A stretch of 64,000 nucleotides of DNA, from assembly GCF_009914755.1 (NCBI RefSeq), contig NC_060935.1, one strand, 5' to 3'. The DNA is from the human T2T-CHM13v2.0 reference genome, Homo sapiens. The notes below the pieces were generated by a model. The model was not told where the DNA came from, searched no databases, and worked only from the letters and a program-made list of their open reading frames with translations. Of the stretch, positions 29,822-43,309 are shown one piece after another. A program made the translations under genes and the position numbers. How positions within the stretch are numbered: position 1 is the stretch's first letter; every line of letters starts with the position of its first letter.

Positions 29822-30772
29822 AAAGAAAGAGAATATCATGTTTTATTTTGTTTAGATCTTTACCAATAGCTGGTCTTCATTTCAGAAAATTACATGACAG
29901 ATAGCCACTTCACTCATTTTTAAGTCCCCATTACCATGGGCTTCATTTGCAGTTGTCTCACCCACATCTAGGTGAAGACATCTGAGTGCTCTATTATGTT
30001 TTCTACTGCAGAAGAGTTTATCCATTTACATATCAATATGCAGTTTTAGAAATCACTTTCCTTTTATTTCTCCTTTTATTACACTTAGATAGCTATATTT
30101 ATTTCTAATTATTATTGTATGTGTGATGTAAATAGCATGCATTTTATCTTAAGATAGCAAAGAAGGAAGGTTTACAAAACACTTGTATAAAGGAGGTTTA
30201 GGTCTAAAGAATTCCATATCCCTAAAGTCCTCATTGTTTCCTGGCTGTGCTAAGATCTGAAATTTGTTCAAATTTACTCTATTTTCCTAGTCAAGGAACT
30301 TACCATCAAATCAACATTGCTTCTAGCTGTAGTGTAAATTATTGCCTAGGTTGAATTAAATTGAATTAAATGGGTTTGGGCACATTTCTGAGCCTAGTCC
30401 CTTACTTCAAATTGCAATTCTTATAATTGCATTCTTTCTTATTATCCCAAGTCTCTTCCCATAGGTCCAACTTGGTTTCTGCCATTCCTATGCTCACTTC
30501 TCTCCTCATCAGATTTCCAATACTATGGAGAAATAATTCCTTAAATTATGTAATCTATTTTTCCGAAAATATTTTGATATTTCTGAATTTGGTATTCTTT
30601 ATTATTGGGCAGACTGAATACATAATCATACATGCCTAGGAAAAAATGGAATACAGCTTTTGTAGATGTGTCAACATCTTGACCATTTTAGCATCCCCTT
30701 TTCACAGTCATAAGTGTCCAAATTTGAAAGACAAATGTTAGTGTTGACCTACCTGGTTGACTAAGTGAAGAG

Positions 30773-31695
30773 TGTAACTTACTGAGGAAGCAAGAGACTT
30801 TTTGAAATGAGGAATCTGACTATATATTTGATGTCTGAGTGCTAAAAGCTTCCAAATTTCCACCTCTCCCTTGTTCCTTCTTGCCCTGCATCTGAAAAAG
30901 TTAGTAATAAAACCTGTGATTTCCCTTCTCTGGCACCATCAGGAAGTTTGAACCAGCGTGAATTAGGTTGGATAGTGTCCTATTCAAAGTTCATATCTAT
31001 TTAGAACCTCAGAATGTGACCTTATTTGGAAATAGGGACTTTGAAGATGTAATTGGCTAAATTAAAGTGAGGTCATATAAGATTAAGGTGAGCTTTTAAT
31101 CCACTATGACTGATGTCTTTCTAAGTAGAGGAGAGGACACACAACAGCACCCAGGAAAGACAGCCATATGATGATGGAGGCAGAGACTGGAGTGATGAAG
31201 GTACTAGCCAAGAAATGACCAAGATTGCTGGCAACCACCAGAAGAAACTAGGAGAAAGGCATGGGACATATTTTCTCTCAGAGCCTCTATAATGAACCAA
31301 TGGCACTGACACTATGATTGCAGACTTCTAGACTCCAGATCTATGAAATAAAATGTTTCTGTTGTTTTAAGTCACCTGGTTTATGGTAATTTTTACGGTA
31401 CCCCAAAAAAACTAATATACTATGCAATCGTGCAATACTTTGATGGTGCATGGGAAAACTTACCCTAGCCCCATTACCTAACACAATAAAGTCTGAAGCC
31501 AGAGAGAGCCCTCTTTGCTCTCTCAATCCATTTTTGGAACTGCTCATGAGCCTGCCATGCTATCGCTACAAAGCCTCACTATGTGAGTAATAATTTTTAT
31601 TATTTCCTCCTAGTGCAGGTGTGACTTCATCAGTCTTGACATCTGAATCAATTTTGGGTTGTAAGTCCATCCCACTTCCACAGGGAAAACGACAC
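30773..31695 (+). mobile_element. Old ERV(L)-type solo LTR split by an MLT1 insertion
   Basis: TGTAA start. The LTR-like sequence at 30773-30956 resumes at ~31420 with aataaa and gtgagtaataa motifs. Subfamily uncertain. Confidence 0.5.
30957..31419 (+). mobile_element. MLT1B/MLT1C (ERVL-MaLR) solo LTR
   Basis: acctcagaatgtgaccttatttggaaataggg...tttctgttgttttaagtcacc...aaactaatata. Confidence 0.88.
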
Positions 31696-31911
31696 TTACG
31701 GTCTTTCAAGTCAGGATCTGCCACTGAATGGCTGCATAAATTTAGAAAAGCAGGTGGCATTTTGGGATGTCTATTTGTACATCTATAAATGGGTCAACTG
31801 GACCATAATTAGGGTCATTAAATATAGAGGTTGAATGTCATCATTCCCCACTCAAAGGTCCGGGGTTAGTATCTCTATTAGATCACTGCACTCTTTCCAA
31901 TTAAGACTTTA

Positions 31912-32350
31912 GAGAAATAAACCAGGCACAGAAAGACAAACATCACATGTTCTTACTTATTCGTGGGATCTAAAATTCAAAACAATTGAACTCATGAACG
32001 TAGAGGGTAGAAGAATGGTTACTAGTAGTGGGGGTTGGGGGAGATTTGGAGATGGTTAATTGGTACAACAAAAATATAAAGAATGAATAAGACCTACTAC
32101 TTGATAGTACAATAGGGTGATTATAGTCAATAATAACTTTATTTTATATTTTTAAATAACTTAATGCAATTGTATTATTTGTAAATCAAAGGATAAATGC
32201 TTCAGGGGATGGCTATCCCATTCTTCATGGTGTTATTGATGAAGAATGTTCATACTTATTTCACATTGCATGCCTGTACCAAAACATTCATGTACCCCAT
32301 AAATATATACACCTACTATGTATCCACAAAAACTAAAAAGAAATAAAGAA
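31912..32350 (+). mobile_element. L1MA (L1MA2-like) 3' end
   Basis: caggcacagaaagacaaacatcacatgttc...taccccataaatatatacacctactatgta. Confidence 0.88.
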
Positions 32351-34059
32351 GACTGAACAGATACTCATTTTCCTTGTCAACTGACTGCTCTACAAAACTA
32401 CCCTCAGTAGCTTTTCCATCCCTAGAACACTAGGAAATGTATGAATGCACATCACTAGTGGTGTTTCACTCAACCTCTGGCTATTTTCTTCTAATTTAAT
32501 AGATTTTTCCCTAAATCCCGTAGATCAATTTTTGCCTTCCCCTACTGCAGCCTCCTTAGTGTTTACGACCTATTGTCCAAGTTAGTCCCTCTTGGTATGT
32601 TTTTGCTTTTTCTCCCTCCAGGCTGCTAAACAGAAATGTACATTTCTCAGGATAGGAAATTTCAACATCCCACGATAATTCAGTAACTCTTTATTTAACT
32701 TGGCTTCTTCCACACATTTTCTCGGTGTTGCAGGGTGAAGTACTGGAGAATGCACAGAGACTGTCAAGCTATGTTATTCAATTCTTTAGACAGTGCACTT
32801 TGTTGGTGGTTATTATTCATTGTAGGTGTTTTACATTTTATTCAAACCTGCACTGTTGAGTGTGTTAGCCAACAAATGCAAAAGTTCATTACATATGTAG
32901 TCTCTTCAGATGTGAAAAATTGAAGTTTAAAAGGAAAAAATACCTGAAAAAAAAAAAAAAAAGAATGAGCCGAGCTGAGAGCTGAGCTGATTTTGTTTTG
33001 CAGTGTGGTCTTCATGGCTGAGCTGCAGATATAGTCTTCTAATCCCTGGAATCTGCTTCTGCATTAGAAGATAATGAGAGGAGTTTCTCTATGTGACCTC
33101 TTCTATGCTTTCCATCCCATTATATGTTTAAGTAAAAATATGAAATTGACTAGCTATAAGGGACTAGAATAAAGAAAAAAATCAGAATCTGGTGTATTGA
33201 ACAAGAAGAAGAAGAAACAGAACAAGGAGTCTTGGGCTCTCTTATGCTTTCTTTCTGCTCAACAGCCTTAGGCCAATCATAAACTTCCCTGAGCCATAAA
33301 TTTCTCTTCCACGGCTGGAAGGAGGTAGACCAGAAAGCATTCGAAGACCCCAGATAGCTCCCTGAATTTCTTTGATTCAATTGGTATTATACTGGGATAA
33401 TTGAGAAAGAGTATGTATTAAAAATAAACCTTCCATTCAAAACTGACCTTTATTGTGGAACATGAAATAATACGTTAAAGCTACAAATAAAATGATGAAG
33501 TGTGAATAATTTTTTGTCACTTACTCTAGACTAAAAGAAATTCGGTGTCACAGAAGCCCCATTCAAGCTGCTACTTATTGTGTGTGCGGTTAAAAGTGTG
33601 TATTTAAAAGACAATGATATTGCATATTATGCATTGATCATTTAGCGAACATCTTTGCAGTCACTAATGTTTGCATGTAAGAATCCTAACGCTGAGTAAC
33701 TTTTCATTGGTAGGGAAAGTACAATAATATCTGAATCTTTGCACTGTAAATGTATGAGGATATGGAGCAATAATATTTATCCTCAATTCACAGCTGTCTT
33801 TCAGAGAATGCAGCGTCTAGAAGGAAATTTTCATTTCCTGTGCTCTACAGGCCTACAGGCTTGTTTTTTTCTGATGAGCAGGTGAGGGCTGGAGAGTGCA
33901 TATACCACCAAATTTAATCTAGTAAACTGAGGTTATAATTCTCACATCTTTCTTTTTGGTTTTATCTCTTCTTTCAGCTATCCTTTTCATCTCTCTATTA
34001 TAAATCAAAACATCCTCTTAGACAGTCTGCTGTCTTCCTTGTTTTCTTCATCCATATAG

Positions 34060-34640
34060 GAAATCAGTGCACCAAGAGTGAGCTTCTTAATACACAAATC
34101 TGATCATTTATTCCATTTAAATCCCTTTAATGGTTCTTTTTTTTTAATCCTGAAAATAATGGGAACATTTTTAGGACATAAAGTCTACTTGTTTCTGGCC
34201 CTTGTCTACATCTCTAAGCTTAACTTTACCATTCACCAGTTCCCTTCTACCAGCAATACCAACTATTTCTGGTTGCCTAGACACACCACACACCTTTATA
34301 CTCCATGAACTGGCATCTGCTGTTTATTCAGTGTTCACCTAAAGTCTTTCTTCCCATTGCCCACCCTTCATCAGTTAAAACCCTATACTGTTATAAAAAT
34401 CTGTTTAGAATCATAAAGGCAAGTTGCTTTTTTTGCCTAATTTTGTCTGTATCATGAGATGCTTTTAGCAATGTTTGTTCCACAGGTGAGGTAATGATGA
34501 CTTTATCTATTTACATGTTATATACTGAATTTCAAGATGCAGGAGGGATGGAACCTTGTCTAACTCTTTTTTACTATCCTCCACCCTTTGCTCAGTGTCT
34601 AGTACATGGTATGTGCTCAATTAAAGTAATTGACTGGATA
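34060..34640 (+). mobile_element. L2 fragments
   Basis: aaatctgatcatt; cagtgtctagtacatggtatgtgctcaattaa 3' end. Confidence 0.55.
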
Positions 34641-34644
34641 TAAA

Positions 34645-34900
34645 ATAAGAATAGCATTTATATAGTACTTAATATCTGCCAGGTATTGTTGTTTTTTCTC
34701 AGAGATTTTGATGTATTAACTCACTTAACCAATATAACAACTTTATGATATAGGTACTCCATTTACTTCTATTATTCTGATAATGATTCAGAAAAACTGA
34801 GAAGTTAAAGACTTTGCCCCAGGCCACACAACTGGGATGGAGAGCTGGGATTTGAATCCAGGCAGTCTCATTCAAGAAACTAAACTCTTAGAGACCATGA
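34645..34900 (-). mobile_element. MIR
   Basis: gagaagttaaagactttgccccaggccacaca...ggagctgggatttgaatccaggcagtct. Confidence 0.8.
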
Positions 34901-35569
34901 GACTAAGGATGTGTAGATGACTTTATCCAAGTCCATTCCAGCTTTTACTGACAAAGTAACTAAAACCAATCTCTCAGGATTTCCAAACAAGTGGTCTTTC
35001 TACTTTGCCATAATATAAATGTCAACATCTTAGTCACACATTAAACAAATTTCTTATGATTTCAAGCATTTTTACATGCATACTTTGGATTGTATTTTTA
35101 TATTTTTCAAATCCAAATTTATACTGTAAAATCACCTAATTATGAAAAGCTTTACCTGACAATGGCTATATGTAAGCAAATAAAACAGAATTAATAATCT
35201 ATAATGACAGTGGATGTGAACTTAAAGCATAGGAATGAATTTTTATACCAAGGATTCTACAGGGAATCACAAGATCAGACATAAAACCAGTTCCCATGAA
35301 TCTAGGCTTTTGTCTTCTGCCTCAAAATACCCTGCATGTCTAGAACAATTAGATTTCTCCCTTGGCTATGAAAGAAGACTGGTTGAGAAAGATGAGTGTG
35401 AGAGTCAAGCCGCATTCTAGCTTTGTGTTTCTGGGAAGCTTCTGAGCTTAGAGGAGATGTTTTATTCTGCTCATTGTAATGCACATTTCAGTTTCTAAAA
35501 CCATACTTTAGAAGACAATCTTAATGAATTAACTTAATATTATATTGTTTAAACTTTTTGCTAAAGGAG

Positions 35570-35750
35570 GAAGCAGTACAGAGTGGAAAAGAGCATGGAG
35601 TTTGAGCCTCAGGTCCACTGTTTTCTAAATATGAGACTTTGAATGTTTCCCTATTTGTAAGATGGGATAAACACACTCTCTATATCATAGAACACTTGGA
35701 ATGTGCTTAGCATAGTACATAGCTAGTAAAATCTTAACAGTGACTATTTT
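35570..35750 (+). mobile_element. MIR
   Basis: gagtggaaaagagcatggagtttg...tttccctatttgtaagatggga. Confidence 0.65.
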
Positions 35751-37641
35751 TAGCAATTATTTTAATAATCAGGTAACAATAATAATAAATTTTCCTTGGG
35801 AAGATCTACCCATTAAAACTAACATTAAAATGTATCTACACATCCATGATTTATTATTATTTTTATTTAAATTTAAAAAATAATGGGATGATTTTAAGTT
35901 CACTGGAAAGTATTTTACAGACATTTACTTATACATTTATTTTGTGGCATCATGTGACTACAGGAGCTCTATGTTGTATTTTAGAATCTACCAAGATTTG
36001 CCAGGGTCTTGTTAGCTAGCTAACAAGAGTCAAATCTCTGTTTTTTTCATTTGTAAAATGAGTTGGAAAAGATGATCACTAAGTCATTTTCAGCTGAAAG
36101 AATATCTTGATATGTTCATCTTTATGCTGCAATATTTATTTAACCTCAAAAACCTTTTTTAAAAAAATTACTGAAATTTCATTAAATAAGAGTTATAGGA
36201 GGAAACAGTTTAGGAAATATTGAGGTATATAATTATCTCATGCTATTTTAAGTTCTAAAGATTGTCTTGATGCCATTCTAGCAACAGGGGAATCTCTCTG
36301 ACCTAATTTTATTTGCTTACTTATCTAGCTATGAAAATAATTTTTTGGTTCATACTCATTTTCTTGAGAGTAATTTAGATTACAGTATGTTTGGAAGGCC
36401 TAAAGTAACTAGTAGGATCTATAAAGTAATATTACATTAGAGTTCACCAGCTTTATTCACAGTAATTCCAAGCATAAAGGATTTATTTCTGACTAGCAAA
36501 ATTAATTTCTTCTGCTAATTGAACACTATATATGCACAAAACCTACTAAGGTGCCAACTTGTTCCAACAATGTCCTGGCTGCTGGATGACATGCTGAGCA
36601 TGAATAACATACAAATGTTGTCTCTTGAGAGTACCTCACTTCTTCCCTGGAAATACTGCACAGGGAACATGTAAGAATGCATTTCCTTAAGCGATTCTGT
36701 TTTCCAACAATAGCTTTGGAATTTGGTCCTTATCTCAACAGAATCAGTTAAAGTAATTTATTATAAACCCTCTACATTATAAAAACTCACAAATTAAAAC
36801 AATGCTTCAAAATAGTAAATAATTTCATGAAATAAAAAATTCATTTAATTTTATTTTCAAAAATCTGCCTGTGTGTGCATGTGTGCATACAGAGAACTTC
36901 TGGTAGACGAGACATTTTGTTTTTCTGCATTTCAGTGTATCAAAAGCCACTTGCGTATTCAAATGTAAGCTCATTCATTCAAAAATAGAGAGTACCTGGG
37001 AAAGAGTTGGGTGCTATTCTGTTTGGTCAGTGTGTTCCACCCTTGAGCAAAAAGTTAGAAGCACATTCTATGATCATGGACATTTCAATATCCTATCCTG
37101 CAATCACTATAAGATATGTTTTTTGACCTTAGATTAATTTAGTGATGCAGAAAATTATAAAACTTGGTTATGAAGTTGCTTCCATGCATATGCTTAAACT
37201 AGTCTTTAGCTCATTTTGTCCCCCATTACTAATTCCACCTGAATTAAAAATCAGATGAGGAATAAAGTTATTTTCTGTAGCAGCCTGTGGTAAAAGGAAA
37301 ATTCCCAGATGTGGCAGTGACCACTATTCTCAGAATCCTGTCCCAATAAATTACTCTGGTAACATTAGCAATCATTGATAGATACCAAGTCAGTCTTAAT
37401 GTGCCCCAAATGGTTTCTCATTTGACAGTTTCTGAGTCTCCAGTGTGGCTCTCAGAAAATGGGCCAACCTGATTCACAAAAACCAAGCTCTGTCAAAAAG
37501 TGAGGCTGATTGCTTTTGTCAGCCCGAAAGATCCACAACTAGTGGCACATACACTTGGCTGGTTGTCTTACAACAAGTTATGTAAGGCTTTGGAATCTTG
37601 TAGGGTATAGTACAACCCATGTTCCTTTACAATTATAGCAT

Positions 37642-37769
37642 AATAGAAAAAACACTGAATTGAAGATCTAAGATCTAATTTGGCCTTAATATCAGTAAAC
37701 CATAAGTCTGGATAAATGACTACCACATTTGAATTTAGATTTTAACTTCAAGTCCAGTGTTTTCCTATT
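37642..37769. repeat. Imperfect inverted repeat of two MIR 5'-end-like arms (~39 nt each, ~50-nt spacer)
   Basis: Left arm AATAGAAAAAACACTGAATTGAAGATCTAAGATCTAATT; reverse complement of right arm AATAGGAAAACACTGGACTTGAAGTTAAAATCTAAATTC. Confidence 0.75.
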
Positions 37770-37929
37770 TTAAAATAAGCCCTTTAAGGTCATTTATTAT
37801 TAGCAAAACCAACAAATTTCTGAGGCCATAGTAAGCTCAAAGGAATAAATAATAATGATCATAATAAATATAATAGAAATAGCATTCATCAGAGTCCAAA
37901 GATTACAATAAGAAACTAAGATCATATAA

Positions 37930-38100
37930 TATTCAGAATAATACTGTAGTATTAATATTATTGCCTTCTTCTGCAGATATGACAAAGAAACATTTTAAGT
38001 AGGGTACTCAGGGTCACATGGCTAATAATTGCCATAGCTAAGATTTTAACCAACATATGTTGATCTGTACAGTCCATGCTCTTAAGCACTGTTATACTCT
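37930..38100 (-). mobile_element. MIR
   Basis: ctgcagatatgac...tcagggtcacatggctaata...agtccatgctcttaagcactg. Confidence 0.6.
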
Positions 38101-38146
38101 ATTCAGTTCTAATTAAAGTAACTATTGTGAAACTTTGCTATAGTAT

Positions 38147-38509
38147 TGTATTAGTCCGTTCTCATGCTGCTGTAAGAAATACCCAAGACTGGGTAACTTA
38201 CAAACAAAAAGATGTTTAATGGACTCACAATTCCACATGGCTAGGGAGGCCTCACTAACATAAGGGAAGGTGAAAGAGGAGCAAAGGCACATCTTACATG
38301 GAGGCAGGCAAGAGAGTGTGTGCAGGGGAACTGCTCTTTTAAAACCATCAGATCTCTTGAGACTTATTCACTATCACGAGAACAGCATGGGGGAAAACCT
38401 GTCCCCCTGATTCACTTACCTCCCAAAGGGTCCCTCCTAGGACACATGGGGATTATGGTAGCTACAATTCAAGATGAAATTTGGGTGGGGACACAGCCGA
38501 ACCATATCA
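38147..38509 (-). mobile_element. THE1B/THE1C (ERVL-MaLR) solo LTR
   Basis: tgtattagtccgttctcatgctgct...acacagccgaaccatatca; perfect 5-bp TSD AGTAT (38142-38146, 38510-38514). Confidence 0.95.
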
Positions 38510-38649
38510 AGTATAATCTTTCAAAGTATTCTATAACATTTTGAGCCACTGTGTACCATCAAACTTACTGTTATAAAATTTCTCATTTTTTCCAAATTTC
38601 CTTGTCTGTTATATTCCAGAAAGGTAAAGTCACTGAGCAAAAAATTTTT

Positions 38650-39420
38650 TCTTCTCTATTTACCTTCAAAAATTATCAAGAATAGGATTGCTGTCATCAC
38701 TTCCACTATAACAAACCTTTTCCAAACACCTCTTCTTTTTTATGTAGATTACTTCAATATTCTCCTGGATGATCTTTCTAAGGAGACCTTCCTCTTCCTC
38801 TCACCAAGTCTAATCTCAAAAGAGCAGCCAACACGATGCTATTAAATGATAGGTTGGATTGTGTCTGTCCTCTGCTCAAAATTTCCCAATGACTTTATTT
38901 TTCACTCAGAATAAAAGTAATAAGTCCTTTTCAATAGAGTACAAGGCCCAACATGTTCTCCTCACCTCTCTACCTTTTGTTACCCCCATATTTTCTCTGA
39001 ACTCATCTTCTGATGCAACCATCTTTGCTCATTGTGCTTCAAACACAGTAGTCTCCTTCTGTCCCTCGAAATTGTTCTTTCCTCTGCCGGAAAGAACATT
39101 TCCCAGATATCCTGATTATTTGTTCCCTTACATTTCTCTTTCTTTACTCAAATCCATCTTCTCAGGGACAATTTTCCTAGCCATACTAGCTAAAATTCAA
39201 CCCCAAGACCCTTATTGCCCTCTTTCCTGCTTTTTTTAAAAAGCTCTTATTGGTAGCAAAATACTATGTGTTTCATTGATTTGTCATATATATTGCTGTC
39301 TCCACCTATTCAAAAGTTCCATGAGATTTTTTTTTGACCAGTATGTTCCTAGTACCTATAAATGTGCTTCACATAGCACAGACTTTCAATAAACATTTAC
39401 AAATGAATGGATGAACAAAT
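38650..39420 (+). mobile_element. L2 3' region
   Basis: cactcagaataaaa; ends cacatagcacagactttcaataaacatttacaaatgaatggatgaa. Confidence 0.7.
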
Positions 39421-40138
39421 GTCTCCTCTTTTACCAAGCACTGTGCAATCTCTTTATGTTGTTTTCCACTCTCTGCACTAGGCACCCAGCATTGTGTGAG
39501 AAGGAAGCTCCAAGACTTGTACATCATTAACATCTGGGTCCTAAAACTTTGTTCAGCTCTTATTGAGCTCCACATACAGTCCTAATATCCATTATCCAAA
39601 TCTACATACATCAATTCTTTTAGTTTCTACTTTAGTTATTTACAGAAGTGATTTTGTTCAAATGACTGCAATTTTGGATCACTTTCCATCTAAGTCTCCT
39701 CAGATGAATATTCCTTGTACCCTGACCCAGCACAGGGGCTCTCTATCTCAGTGCCACATCAGCATGGTGACACATTCCCTCAGTTTGCAAATGATAATCC
39801 AGATATCTTCTCCTCTTTATGTAACAACGATTTTTCCCACTTTCTCTGCTTTCATTGAAGCCTCCTAGCTTTGCTACCAGTTAGAGTTCTTATTCTTAAT
39901 CATTTATTCTCCCCTCCATATAATTCAGGATTTCCTTTTTTAAAAGCTGTCAGCTATACTGTTTTTTTTTTTTTTTTTGGTTGGTGGGGTGGGTCAGGTA
40001 CTAGGATGGGTCTGCAAATTGATAAGCAAATGTAGACATTTTCATCTAGGGTTACATTTTATCCTAAGGGAAATTATTAAGATAACAGTATGACTACCTA
40101 CCAATATTTCACTTCAAAAGCAAGCTGTGTTTCCCATT

Positions 40139-40175
<37 letters not shown>

Positions 40176-40182
40176 GAGAGAG
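40139..40182. repeat. (GA)n microsatellite with one interruption
   Basis: Direct reading. Confidence 0.95.
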
Positions 40183-41086
40183 AATAAAAGTCAGTCATCA
40201 TTAATTAAATGAGGCAGAGGAAATAGCGAATGTTGAAACATCAATTATGATTTTCGGAGTTGGAAAGTATGGGAATCTACAGTTGAACGTCTTTAGTATG
40301 CATTTATCAAGCATTGTACAAATGAGTGTCTGACTTTGGAAGAAAGTGAGCCTTAAGTAAGTCTCATTCTTGTAAAATAAAATTTTTGAGGGACTTTGTA
40401 CTTAGGGAATAAAATTCTGACTAAGATGCTCAGGGGAAAAAGTACTTCATGAGCTACATTTGCCTGGACAGGTAGCTGCACTTTGATACTAATGTCTTCT
40501 TCCAGGTAGCACATAGAGAAGAGTTTGCACCTTTAATGTATATGATTGATTAGAGACAGCCTGTGATTGCATCCCTGAGGATCACAGATAGACAAGAGAA
40601 TACAATTTCTTATCTTCTTCTACTCTTCCATTTGAGCACTTAGATGCTGAGAAACTCAAGCGTGAAGAAACATTTCTCTAAATTTTAACTTCTTTCCAGA
40701 TTTTAACCCCCATCAAGAATTACTCCCTCTATAGAAAGGCTCCAGCTCTGTTTCATGTCAGATAAGCAGTTCTGGTGAAAGAGTCACGTAATATTGTAAT
40801 GATGTCCTATGTTGGTTTTTTGGAGCAATTTGGCACCCTACCGAATTGTAATTTCCTTACATTGAAGTTTCAAGTTTATCTAAGTTGATTTGAGCATCAA
40901 GTCTCCTAAGGGACATAATGTCACTTGAAAGGATATAGCTCTCTAGAATATGTAAGATTTTAAAATGGAAACAGTTATTTTCTATGAACGACTAGTTTTA
41001 TTATAACCAGATAAAAGGTACTATGTGGTATTTAAAAGATCATAGGATATAGAGTCCAATGCTCAGAGATTAAAACCTAATTCATC

Positions 41087-41406
<320 letters not shown>

Positions 41407-43206
41407 TCATCATCTTTTAGAGTATGAGACTCAGGGGAAAATAGCTTAATCAGAGCATTTTTTTCTAATATGCAGTACTCTCTCAGAGATATTGTGAGTC
41501 AAAGTTTGTGAACGTGCTTTGTAAATTGTCAAGGGTTGAGGTCACATTTAGGCAACACATTTCAGATCTAACACCACGAAGAAAACAGTAGGAAATGGAC
41601 TTGACAATTTCAGAAGTGTTTGCAATGTCAATGTGCTTCTATTGCCACTTTCCAGATTTTTAATAAGGAAAATAAATCTAGCTCTTATAAACAGTTGAAA
41701 AATCCTTGAAAGAATTTGAGATGTTTTCATCTAGTCTGATAGAATTGGAGCATTTAAGCCTTCAATTAGTACATTGATTAATTTTCTTATATAATTATGC
41801 TTAATATGAAGGAGAAAGCCATGTATTTTCTCAGTTGTGGATGTAAGATTCCATTTTGATTTTACTTGTTAACTAAACAAACGTTTGCCTATTGGGGTAA
41901 AAATATAAACAAAAAAACAAAAATTGAAGTTTCATCTTAAACATTTGACTAATTCACAATATATTACTTAGCAAGTTGCAATTAAAACATGTTTATTATT
42001 TTGTATTATGTGTAGAAGATAAAAATATAAAAATTGGCTCTTATAAGATAGTATAAAATCAGTTTTTATTTAAGGTTGTTGATACTAATATTCAATTTGT
42101 TGAAATGTTGTTATTGGCAATCAACCACACACCCTATTAAAAATAAATTGCTTTTGGTAGCTATTCCCCTTTCTTGCTAACATTATTTTAAAAGGCTTAC
42201 TGGGCTGTTTTGTAATCATCACAACCATATATTTACAGAGCGAGATTCTCATGCCCTTGAAAAAAATGTAGCATAATTGTCCAAACTGGATTTTTTCTAA
42301 AATGTGGCTTTCTCAATTCTAGGTATATCTCACCCTTACTCTACCTAATTTTAAGCGTTTGTTTCCCAAACTAAAGCATGTTTCTACATGTTGGAGTAAA
42401 TTTCATGAATAAACAGAATGCTAATCACACTAGAACATGTGCTTCAGAAAATGCACTTTCTGCTGACAAGAATGGATTCACTCTAAGTCATGCACAGTTA
42501 ACTTAAGTCTCTCACCTGTGTCACCATAGCTTTGATTAAGAACATTGAGTATAGGCACTTGATAGAATGTAGATTTCCCATTCATATGCAAAATGAAATG
42601 GTATTGACCTTACTGATTTATTCTCTGTCCCTTCATATAATCCACTGCTCACAGCATTTTAAATGATAGATGTTAATATTATGGCACCATTTGCCTCTTT
42701 ATTTTATACAAAAATATATATCTTTCTACATAGACATAGAATCTATATTTAAAATCTGCATGGACATACAGATAGATATAGATACAGAGCATATGTTAAA
42801 TGTGGTTAATATATTTCATAATATTTCAGATACCAAATTAGGTTTCCCTAAAATGTTTTCTCAGTACTAAAATCTCTAATATCATAAATAATTAATCTCT
42901 AAAATCTATAATAAATAATCTCTAAAATAAATAATCTCCAATATCATAAAATAATTATTTTGAAGCAAGGCTTTATTATATGTTTTTAACCTCAGTTGTA
43001 GACTTTGTGAATTTTCTGATGCATTCTTATTATGAATGTTCCTATACATGAACAAAGCCAAAACTATCTTTGAGAAAAATCTCAAGAACATTATTCAAAA
43101 CAGGACAGGTACAAGAATCACACTGGGAAAAAATATGACAATACACTAAGACCAGATATAGTTTAAAGATGCAGAACTTTAATACAGTCCCTTGTTTATT
43201 ACTTGT

Positions 43207-43212
43207 TTTCTT

Positions 43213-43244
<32 letters not shown>

Positions 43245-43309
43245 TTCTTCTTCTTCTTCTTCTTCTTTTCTTCCTCTTCCTATTCCTCTTCTTCTTCTTT
43301 TTTTTTTTT
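43207..43309 (-). repeat. (GAA)n tract: pure (CTT)15 at 43223-43267 within a ~100-nt polypyrimidine run
   Basis: Direct count. Confidence 0.95.

Noticed and set aside
38859-39239. 126-aa ORF
   Set aside because: Lies within an L2 remnant, has a non-ATG start and shows no recognisable domain.
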